The notes under the pieces were generated by a model that made no database searches, was not told where the DNA came from, and saw only the letters and a list, made by a program, of their open reading frames with translations. From Snowella sp. (GTDB taxonomy: Bacteria; Cyanobacteriota; Cyanobacteriia; Cyanobacteriales; Microcystaceae), in the NCBI GenBank assembly GCA_035285545.1, contig JAYKGY010000010.1:1-15580 (forward strand): DNA of 15,580 nt, written 5' to 3'. The position numbers and the translations under genes were made by a program. This document shows positions 1 to 7,063 of this stretch, piece after piece. How positions within the stretch are numbered: the stretch's first letter is position 1; each line of letters starts with the position of its first letter.

Positions 1-114
1 CATTATCAATAAAAAATGCCTGTTTTCCGTACATTGCTTGAGCCGGATGCAGTGAAAGTTGCACGTCCGGTTCTGAGGGGGGAAGGGAGTGGTAACGCTC
101 CCGACCTACCCGAC
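1..114 (+). mobile_element. Group II intron, 3' end (domain V at 40-73, domain VI at about 79-111); the rest lies upstream of the window
   Basis: Canonical 34-nt DV GAGCCGGATGCAGTGAAAGTTGCACGTCCGGTTC with the AGC triad, GAAA loop and AC bulge. It is followed by a DVI hairpin GGAAGGGAGTGGTAACGCTCCCGACCTACCC with bulged A108 and a ...CCCGAC 3' terminus. Confidence 0.93.
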
Positions 115-172
115 CCCCCGCTAGTCCGAAATCTCACCAACTAGAAAGATAGACATTCAGACATCTAAACAT

Positions 173-409
173 TCAATCGTTATCGGAATCTTGATCAAGC
201 CAATTTACAACAAGCTTAGAGATAATTTCAGACATTTCTCTCTCCTGTTCTGCCGCTTTTACTTTCAACTTACGGTGAACATCCGCAGGTAAATAAACAG
301 TTGTTCGTTTATAAGCAGGATCTTTACTTTTAGATGTCTGGACATTTGGAAGCTCAGACGTTAAAGCATCTGGACGTTTTGCATTGAATAATTCCTCAAA
401 TCGACTCAT
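173..409 (-). CDS. Ribbon-helix-helix (CopG/ParG-like) partition adaptor, partner of the small ParA
   Basis: 78 aa. C-terminal YKRTTVYLPADVHRKLKVKAAEQEREMSEIISKLVVNWL matches the RHH pattern. ATGA overlap with parA at 406-409. Confidence 0.85.
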   Translation of the reverse strand: MSRFEELFNAKRPDALTSELPNVQTSKSKDPAYKRTTVYLPADVHRKLKVKAAEQEREMSEIISKLVVNWLDQDSDND

Positions 410-999
410 GGCAAAATCTCCTTACCCACTTGTTCATAACACCGCCAAGCAATTCCTGCATAGCTATCTCCTTTAACCATATCTACCGATAGACCATCAA
501 GAGCTGCTCTTTGGAACACGGCATAGCGACGAATCCCAGTTTTAAAAAGCGGCAAACCTGCATTTGTGATACTGATACGGGCTTCCTCTCCTACCTTGCT
601 AGGTAAAGGAGGAATTAAAGTAAGTAAAAGCCTATAATTTGCGGTTAGAGATTGTAACTCACCAATCATTTGTAATGTTGCTCCCATCGAAAGAGCATCT
701 GGAGAGGTCGGTAATACAAGTAAATCGCATCCCGCAGCAATAGTTTTCAGCTCATCAGGCGCAGGACGTGCTGGTGTATCCACAACAATATGCTCATAAT
801 CACGGGCAAACTTTACTGCTTGTTTCTCATCGACGACCTTAAAAGGTAGTTTCTTTTGATCAGCCCACTGGAGAGCTGAACGATTTAAGTCACCATCTAC
901 TAATAGAGTAGGGGCTTTACGGTGGAAATAAGCAGCTAGATGTAAGGCTGTTGTGGACTTTCCTACGCCGCCTTTAAACGATGCCACTGTAATAATCAT
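406..999 (-). CDS. parA: Small ParA/ParF-type Walker ATPase (type Ib partition)
   Basis: MIITVASFKGGVGKSTT deviant Walker A, LLVDGD, VVDTP Walker B. Start placed at ATG 999 (197 aa) rather than 1026. Confidence 0.93.
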   Translation of the reverse strand: MIITVASFKGGVGKSTTALHLAAYFHRKAPTLLVDGDLNRSALQWADQKKLPFKVVDEKQAVKFARDYEHIVVDTPARPAPDELKTIAAGCDLLVLPTSPDALSMGATLQMIGELQSLTANYRLLLTLIPPLPSKVGEEARISITNAGLPLFKTGIRRYAVFQRAALDGLSVDMVKGDSYAGIAWRCYEQVGKEILP

Positions 1000-1000
1000 A

Positions 1001-1072
1001 ATCCGAGAATCTAAACATCTAAGCATTTTAGCATTTCGGTGTCTAGATATCGAGATGTTTGAGTGTTTGTTT
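1001..1072. repeat. Nine in-phase degenerate 8-bp units (consensus near RTCTAGAY); probable centromere/operator of the ParA-RHH system
   Basis: ATCCGAGA ATCTAAAC ATCTAAGC ATTTTAGC ATTTCGGT GTCTAGAT ATCGAGAT GTTTGAGT GTTTGTTT directly upstream of the parA ATG. Related phased units occur at 151-174 and 331-378. Confidence 0.65.
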
Positions 1073-1154
1073 TTTGCGATACAATAACGCGATACCGCTC
1101 AAATCCCATTTTTTCTTGATCGGCATTAACTAAAGCCTATAGAAACACAACAAT

Positions 1155-1466
1155 TTAAGCAGGAGATTCAGTTTGGGCAGGTTTAGGCTCTTTGGGTTTT
1201 TTCTCAAACACCTGAACAGTCGGCTCAAGCAAAATAAATCCTTTTTCGGTCGCGTCTCGCAGTTTGCCCGCGATCGCCCCCACCCACATCGGATAATTAG
1301 CGTGGGCATCCTCCAGTTTCTTAAAAACTTTGGGACGAAGCGTAACCGTAAAAATTCGTCTATCACCATCCAAGTCAAACGACTTCCAACCGTTTTCAAC
1401 CACTGCAACATCAGTAGGAAATTCATTGATTTTGATAGTTAGTTCCAATTTACCGTTAGTAGTCAT
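1155..1466 (-). CDS. Conserved cyanobacterial plasmid protein of unknown function (resembles proteins often labelled 'fertility inhibition FinO-like')
   Basis: 103 aa. GKLELTIKINEFP...VENGWKSF...YPMWVGAIAGK...EPTVQVFEKKPK recalled as a family signature; AAGGA RBS-like sequence upstream. Confidence 0.75.
   Translation of the reverse strand: MTTNGKLELTIKINEFPTDVAVVENGWKSFDLDGDRRIFTVTLRPKVFKKLEDAHANYPMWVGAIAGKLRDATEKGFILLEPTVQVFEKKPKEPKPAQTESPA
1270..1277. repeat. HIP1 octamer GCGATCGC (also at 3313, 8921, 13922, 14743)
   Basis: Five exact copies in an AT-rich 15.6-kb window indicate a cyanobacterial host. Confidence 0.85.
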
Positions 1467-1551
1467 AAGTAATCCTTAAAGTAAAATTGTTGTCCGAGAT
1501 CGCGCTTATTCTGTATTTTCAATAAAATTATCTTTAATTTTAGTAATTTAC

Positions 1552-2985
1552 TTAGAATTCCTCAATATTAAGACGAAGCAAACAGTCATCAATAGCAGAA
1601 AGAGCTTGTTGTCGTTGTTCCTCACATTCATGGAAAAATTGAAGCTCCTGATTCCAAGCTTGCTCCCAATCATAGGGAGTGGACACAACGGTTAAATAGC
1701 GAGAAACCGTTAAATTAAAATCCTCCTGCTGAATGCGTTGTATCGTAGTGCGCTCAGCAACAGCAGGAACCGTCTCAAAAGCCTGGTAAACAGCAAAAAG
1801 CCTCTCATAATCAAGAGAACTATCCGACTTTAAAAACGCCTTACTCCCATCAACAAAAAGCACCTCCTGCCGCCGAGACACAGGCTTTTGAGTCTCCAAC
1901 ACCAAAAGAACCGTCGGCATCGGTGTGTGATGAAAAAGATTAGGCGGCAAAGTAATCACCGCCGTCAATAAATCCCCATTAACCCAATCCCGACGAATCT
2001 TCAAATCCCACTCTCGAAATAAAAACCCAGGCGGCATAACCACAACAGCCCGCTTCACCGACTTTAAAATTTGGGTAAAAGAATTCAGATAAGCAAACTC
2101 GCGTTCCGTATCCTTAGGAGAACCAAAAACATAATGTCCTGGATTCAAAAGCGGCAGCATCCGCTTCCAATCCTCTTGGAGGAGAGGAAAAACAGAAACA
2201 ATACCATCAGCCCGACCCACCAATTCACCACCCGCCCACTCAGGTAAAGAAAAAGAAGCATCTCTTTTTAAGCGCACATGACTAAACCCCTGTAACGCCA
2301 TATAAAGACAACCCAACGCCTCAATCTCAACAGACCATTCATCCCCATCAGCCCGAAACAAATCTCGCTCACCAATCCGAGACTGATTAAAAGAATAGAC
2401 AGCCTTAAGAAGCTGACCAACCCCACAAATCGGATCATAAATAACCCAATCCCCTTGCGCTTCCAACAACATCACCATCAAAGAAACAATAGAGGAAGGA
2501 TACCAATACTTCCGCAAATCAGGATGCTTGAGCCACTGCTCCTCTATCAACCGATCTAACAAATTCCCAATATCCTCAAAAGAAAGAATTTTAATTTCTT
2601 CACGGCAATTAAACGACATCTCAAAAATGACACGCCGTAAAACCTCATCAGGAAAATCTTGCCAACGAAAAAAACTCGCATTAGCCAAATAACCCGCATT
2701 GACATTATTAGCCCTTTCCAGCGCGTACATACTCTTAGCAATAGCCGCTCCCACATTTTCCGTACAGCCTTCCCACTGCTTCCAAATCTCTTGAGAAGAC
2801 GCAATATCCCTAGCGGTAGTCAATTGATGGGGACGCTCCAAAACAGCCCAATGGCGAATTAAGAGTAAACGCCAAAGCAGCAGAAAAGCCTTCTTCTTAT
2901 CAACCCCTTGCAGATCCAGAAACGACAGTAAATTAAGACACAACCCCTTCAACAAAATCAAAGCCGATTGAGAAGACAGATTCAT
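1552..2985 (-). CDS. Type I R-M HsdM-like N6-DNA methylase homolog with degenerate catalytic motif
   Basis: IYDPICGVGQLL (motif I), RAVVVMPPGFLFR, LTAVITLPPNLF, VLFVDGSKAF and IQQEDFNLTVSRY are typical HsdM blocks in the right order. The motif IV position reads ADGIVSVFPL instead of ...ANPPF. Confidence 0.85.
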   Translation of the reverse strand: MNLSSQSALILLKGLCLNLLSFLDLQGVDKKKAFLLLWRLLLIRHWAVLERPHQLTTARDIASSQEIWKQWEGCTENVGAAIAKSMYALERANNVNAGYLANASFFRWQDFPDEVLRRVIFEMSFNCREEIKILSFEDIGNLLDRLIEEQWLKHPDLRKYWYPSSIVSLMVMLLEAQGDWVIYDPICGVGQLLKAVYSFNQSRIGERDLFRADGDEWSVEIEALGCLYMALQGFSHVRLKRDASFSLPEWAGGELVGRADGIVSVFPLLQEDWKRMLPLLNPGHYVFGSPKDTEREFAYLNSFTQILKSVKRAVVVMPPGFLFREWDLKIRRDWVNGDLLTAVITLPPNLFHHTPMPTVLLVLETQKPVSRRQEVLFVDGSKAFLKSDSSLDYERLFAVYQAFETVPAVAERTTIQRIQQEDFNLTVSRYLTVVSTPYDWEQAWNQELQFFHECEEQRQQALSAIDDCLLRLNIEEF

Positions 2986-3581
2986 GGAGCCTCACCTAAC
3001 ACCTTAGATAACGTTAACTCAGCCAAACGCTGACGAGAAACCACCGACTGAAGCGTCGCCAATTGAAACTGTTCAGTCGCCAGAAAAAGAGTTGCCAAAT
3101 CCTGCTGAACCTCAAGCGAAGGAACAGGAACCTCCATTTGACGTAACTGTTTCAAATTTAAACTACGAGTCGCAGTAGATTGACGATAAACACGAGACAG
3201 CGAAGCAGCAAACCATTGAGACCTGAGCAAAACAGCCAAAAAAAGAGGATTAATAGGAACAGGAGAATCCTTAGGAGTCAAAGAAGGACGAAAAACCGCC
3301 AAATTCTGACCAGCGATCGCGCCCACCACACCTCCATTTACCACCGACACCTTTTGAGAACTGCCCCGTACCGTCATCACCACATCACCTATTTGGAGAG
3401 AGTAACGAGAAAGATTAGGAACCTCTAACGAAAAAACATCCAAAGAGAGGGAAACATAAAGCTCATCCAAATCACGAGTCTGAACCACACGGAGAGACCG
3501 CCCCGTTGTCCCTGATGCCAGATAACGATTCACCACAAGACCTTGAAAAAACAAACCCAAAGAATCTAACGGATAAAACAT
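2982..3581 (-). CDS. Half-size type I HsdS-like specificity subunit (single TRD)
   Basis: RYSLQIGDVVMTVRG, INPLFLAVLLRS, LNLKQLRQMEVPVPSLEVQQDLA match HsdS TRD and conserved-helix motifs. About 199 aa from ATG 3581. ATGA overlap with the HsdM-like gene. Confidence 0.82.
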   Translation of the reverse strand: MFYPLDSLGLFFQGLVVNRYLASGTTGRSLRVVQTRDLDELYVSLSLDVFSLEVPNLSRYSLQIGDVVMTVRGSSQKVSVVNGGVVGAIAGQNLAVFRPSLTPKDSPVPINPLFLAVLLRSQWFAASLSRVYRQSTATRSLNLKQLRQMEVPVPSLEVQQDLATLFLATEQFQLATLQSVVSRQRLAELTLSKVLGEAP

Positions 3582-3876
3582 AAAATAAAAGACCAACACA
3601 ATTTTTAGTATTGTAATATAATAATTGTCATATCTCCATGAAGTGCTGGGGTAAACCCCCCGCTGGTTGCTTTTTAGCGGCATTATCGTTGATGCCATAG
3701 GCGATACGGTCATTAGAACTAACTAATTACTCGCTTCATTTAATGCTTGGTATTTGTAACTAACTTTCTTATTTATTATGGATAACATAATTAGAATCAA
3801 CAAAAATATTAGCTTTTATAAAAATATTTTACTTATATATAAAATGCGTCTTTTATTAATAACAATAAACCAGCTT

Positions 3877-3912
3877 TTTGTGCATCCGACACTGAAGTGC
3901 AAGTTGCACAAA
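3877..3912. other. Candidate att site of the large serine recombinase
   Basis: TTTGTGCA-TCCGA-CACT-[GA]-AGTG-CAAGT-TGCACAAA: two pairs of inverted arms share one centre (3894/3895), 44 bp upstream of the recombinase ATG. Confidence 0.5.
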
Positions 3913-3956
3913 TTATTGTTAAACTGACAATAAGTGATTTGTTAGGAGGTAAATCT

Positions 3957-5444
3957 ATGAAGAGAATAATAGGCTATGCAAGGGTTTCAACGGACGAGCA
4001 GGCTTTTAATTCCCATGCTCTTGAGCAACAAATTGCACGTCTTAAACAAGAGGGGGCAACAGAAATTCTGTGCGATATTGACTCTGGAGACAAAAATGAT
4101 CGCAAGGACTTTAAAAAACTTTTAGAGCTTATTGCTAACAATGAAGGTGATGAAATTATTGCTACCCGTTGGGATCGTTTAACTCGTAATGAAGAGGGGT
4201 ATATCGCACTTAAAAAGCTTTTAAAAAATTCTAGCGTGACTTTACGTCTGTTAGATGTCGGAATAGTAGATCTCAGTACAGCTAATGGAGAACTCACCTC
4301 AGACATTCAAAGCATTATGGCTGTCAATGAACGGCGACAACTACGAGAACGAATTCTTCATGGTAATAAACATCGTCGGACTCGTAATGCTGCTGCTAGT
4401 CATACTCCCTTTGGTTACAATAATGTTCTTGAAAAATATCAGCTAGATCGAAGACCTCTAATTTGTTTAGTTGCCGAACGTCCCGATAATTACCTTGAAC
4501 TGTCTCAGGAGGTTGATCTCAATCGCTTACCCAGTTTAAGTAAAGCTGATGTGGCGAGAGATATGATCGAGACTCTACTTTCTCTAAGGTATATAAAAAA
4601 AACAATTAATCACATTTATGAGAAATATGGACTTGTTCCTATTCCCGGACAACAAGCTAGTCGTTTTGAGGGATTAGTCGCACCTCGTTCTACAACACAT
4701 TTTAAAGAATGGATTACAAATCCAGTTCTTCAAGGTCATACCGCTTATCTCAAATATGCAAAAAATCACGCTCTTAAACCTCAAGAAGAGTGGGATATTC
4801 GTAAAAATACTCATCCTAAAGAGGCATTGATTTCTCCTACTGAATTAGAAGAAATTTTAGATATTTTTGCCCTTAATCGTAAGGAATCAGGTAACCCTAA
4901 ACGCACTTCCTATTTAACTCATACAGTTTTTTGTGCCCATTGTGGTCATAAATGCACTTTTAAGACGAGTCATAACTGGAAGTATAAGTATTATGGCTGT
5001 CGCTACTCCAAACAAGGTTGTCCGAATCATAAAAACCTGAGTTTGTATGAGATTGAAGAAGCCATAATTCAACGGATTTTTAGTTATGCCCATTTCCTTT
5101 ATGAGCAGGGAGATAATGTTTTAGATTTTTCTAATTCTGAGGAATTAGCGAAGCTTCAAGCCCAATTATTTGGTCTAGAAGCGATTCCTGATTTTGAGTC
5201 AACGCCTTCTTTACGGGATGCGAGAGAAGATCTGCGCCACAAAATTGCCTCTCTGACCCAATCTCTGAAAAACAATGTTTTTTCAGATGGCACAGCTCAA
5301 CAAATAATTCGCCATCCCTACGCTCGAAATTTGACGTTTTGGTATGCCCTAACAGAATCAGAAAGGAGTCAAATTTACTACAAATTAGTCAATAAAGTCG
5401 TTATTTCCCATGAATTTGCGACTTCTGTTCATTTAAAAGTTTAA
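3957..5444 (+). CDS. Large serine recombinase, XisF (fdxN-element excisase)-like
   Basis: GYARVST catalytic motif followed by EQAFNSHALEQQIARL (XisF-like), TRWDRLTR, PFGY, NPVLQGH, zinc ribbon CAHC...YYGC...C and a coiled coil. AGGAGG at 3944-3949 supports ATG 3957 (495 aa). Confidence 0.92.
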   Translation: MKRIIGYARVSTDEQAFNSHALEQQIARLKQEGATEILCDIDSGDKNDRKDFKKLLELIANNEGDEIIATRWDRLTRNEEGYIALKKLLKNSSVTLRLLDVGIVDLSTANGELTSDIQSIMAVNERRQLRERILHGNKHRRTRNAAASHTPFGYNNVLEKYQLDRRPLICLVAERPDNYLELSQEVDLNRLPSLSKADVARDMIETLLSLRYIKKTINHIYEKYGLVPIPGQQASRFEGLVAPRSTTHFKEWITNPVLQGHTAYLKYAKNHALKPQEEWDIRKNTHPKEALISPTELEEILDIFALNRKESGNPKRTSYLTHTVFCAHCGHKCTFKTSHNWKYKYYGCRYSKQGCPNHKNLSLYEIEEAIIQRIFSYAHFLYEQGDNVLDFSNSEELAKLQAQLFGLEAIPDFESTPSLRDAREDLRHKIASLTQSLKNNVFSDGTAQQIIRHPYARNLTFWYALTESERSQIYYKLVNKVVISHEFATSVHLKV

Positions 5445-5467
5445 TTAATCGTTTTTGATGAGGTACT

Positions 5468-7036
5468 ATGACAAATTTCATTTTTGACAATTTCCTGCAA
5501 GCGGGGGAACGTCTATCCAAGGCGGAAGAACTGATGACGGAAGATGCTTCTCTTCCTTGCGGCTGTTCTACTCCAGGTACGCGGATGGAATGTCTTCAAT
5601 GTGAGTATTTTAAAGCTCGGATTTCTAAGGTTCAGAAAATTTTGACTTCCGAGTCTATCAGTAAACTTCCAGCCCCTTTACCAGATAATCCTCCCCCTCG
5701 CAAAGTTTCTCGTTATTCAGAAACGTTAAAACAGCAAGTGATTGAATCCTATCTGCAAGGTACTCCTCCTAAAAAAATCGCGAAATTATTTGATATTTCC
5801 TATGCAACAATCAGAATATGGGTTAAACAAGCGGGTTTGCCTAAACACTCTAATATTCACCCTTCTAAGACTAAAGAATATTGCCTAGATTTATACCGTT
5901 TAGGCGTTCCTCTAAAAAAAATTGAAGAAGAAACTGGTGTTGCTAAAAGTACTCTTTCTCATTGGGCTACTGAAGAAGGTTTGACCCGTGCTCGTTCTCA
6001 TCCGAGTTCCACCCGCGATATTGCCCTTCAACTTTATCAAGAAGGCAAGTCTTATGAGGACATCGCTCAGCTTTTAGGCATTAAGCAGGGAACAGTTCAC
6101 AATTGGATTATGAAATCAGATGTTCCTCGCCAAAAACCTCGATATTCTGCTGAAACTAAACAGCATTGTCTGGCTCTCTATCGCCAGGGGCTTTCTCCTA
6201 AAGAAATTGAGGAGATTACGGATGTGCCGCGCGGTCGTATCCGTAATTGGGCGGTTGAGAATGGTATTAATCGTGGACATGTAAAAAAACATTCTGATTC
6301 AGTCCGTCAAGGTTGTTTTGAGCTTTTTCAAGAACACCGTTGTTATGAAAAGGTTGCGCGTATTATGGGGCTTTCTTCTTCTACGATTCACCGCTGGATT
6401 ATAGAGGCAGGTTTAGCGACTCCTCAAACGGTTATTCCCCCTTATCCTCCTGAAAAGCGGGCTGAATGTCTTCGTCTCCACGCTCAATCATTTAGTATTG
6501 AAAGAATTGCATCGTTAACAAATGTTTCTTCTGAAACCATCAAAGGGTGGTTTCAAAAGGAAGACTTAGCTCGTCACGCCGCTACTTTTTCGTCTGCTCA
6601 AAAAAATTTATGTTTATCTCTTCATTATGATCAAGGTCTTACCATTGTTGAGATCTCGGATAAAACCGCTATTCCAGCAGACGTTATCCAGTTGTGGATA
6701 GATGAGGCAAGAGGTTTCCAGCGCGGTTTTGGTTATTCCTCCGATGTTAAACAATCCTGTATCGAACTGTATCAAGCAGGAAAAACTTACGAAGAAATTA
6801 CTGCGCTCACTCGTGTTAGCACGACAACCATGCGTACTTGGATTCAAGAATTTGGGGTTCGATTGCGTCGTCCCCGATATTCCGATGAGATTAAGCAGCA
6901 GTGTATTGATTTAGCGTTAGCAGGTCGTTCCTATCGACAGATTGCTGAGATTACCCAAGTTCCTCAAAAAACTGTGTCTCGCTGGATACGGATTGCCTTG
7001 AATAATCAATCTCTTTCGACTGACTCTTCCCTTTAA
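5468..7036 (+). CDS. Protein with nine tandem HTH repeats (about 48 aa each) and an N-terminal 4-Cys motif
   Basis: Repeat pattern [YHF][SP]xxx[KR]xxClxLYxxGxxxxxIxxxxxVxxxTIxxW recurs nine times from aa 82. CGC-x8-CLQC at aa 31-45. GAGG RBS. No DDE nuclease domain. Confidence 0.88.
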   Translation: MTNFIFDNFLQAGERLSKAEELMTEDASLPCGCSTPGTRMECLQCEYFKARISKVQKILTSESISKLPAPLPDNPPPRKVSRYSETLKQQVIESYLQGTPPKKIAKLFDISYATIRIWVKQAGLPKHSNIHPSKTKEYCLDLYRLGVPLKKIEEETGVAKSTLSHWATEEGLTRARSHPSSTRDIALQLYQEGKSYEDIAQLLGIKQGTVHNWIMKSDVPRQKPRYSAETKQHCLALYRQGLSPKEIEEITDVPRGRIRNWAVENGINRGHVKKHSDSVRQGCFELFQEHRCYEKVARIMGLSSSTIHRWIIEAGLATPQTVIPPYPPEKRAECLRLHAQSFSIERIASLTNVSSETIKGWFQKEDLARHAATFSSAQKNLCLSLHYDQGLTIVEISDKTAIPADVIQLWIDEARGFQRGFGYSSDVKQSCIELYQAGKTYEEITALTRVSTTTMRTWIQEFGVRLRRPRYSDEIKQQCIDLALAGRSYRQIAEITQVPQKTVSRWIRIALNNQSLSTDSSL

Positions 7037-7063
7037 AACACTCTTGAGGAGTGAAGTTTTGTT

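Noticed and set aside
1000..1026. Longer parA start (MLRCLDSRI...) from the ORF track
   Set aside because: The extension is just the translated 8-bp repeat array; the family begins at MIITV (999).
1155..1466. True FinO/ProQ RNA chaperone
   Set aside because: I cannot see ProQ/FinO domain motifs; the label is only a recalled annotation, so no gene symbol is given.
3582..3713. 44-aa N-terminal extension of the HsdS-like ORF
   Set aside because: It runs through AT-rich, intergenic-looking DNA with no HsdS resemblance; ATG 3581 gives a typical half-S size.
3897..3956. GTG start of the recombinase at 3897
   Set aside because: It overlaps the att-like palindrome; a strong AGGAGG precedes ATG 3957.
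5468..7036. IS1/IS3 transposase call for the HTH protein
   Set aside because: No DDE domain, no partner ORF and no terminal inverted repeats; only HTH repeats are present.
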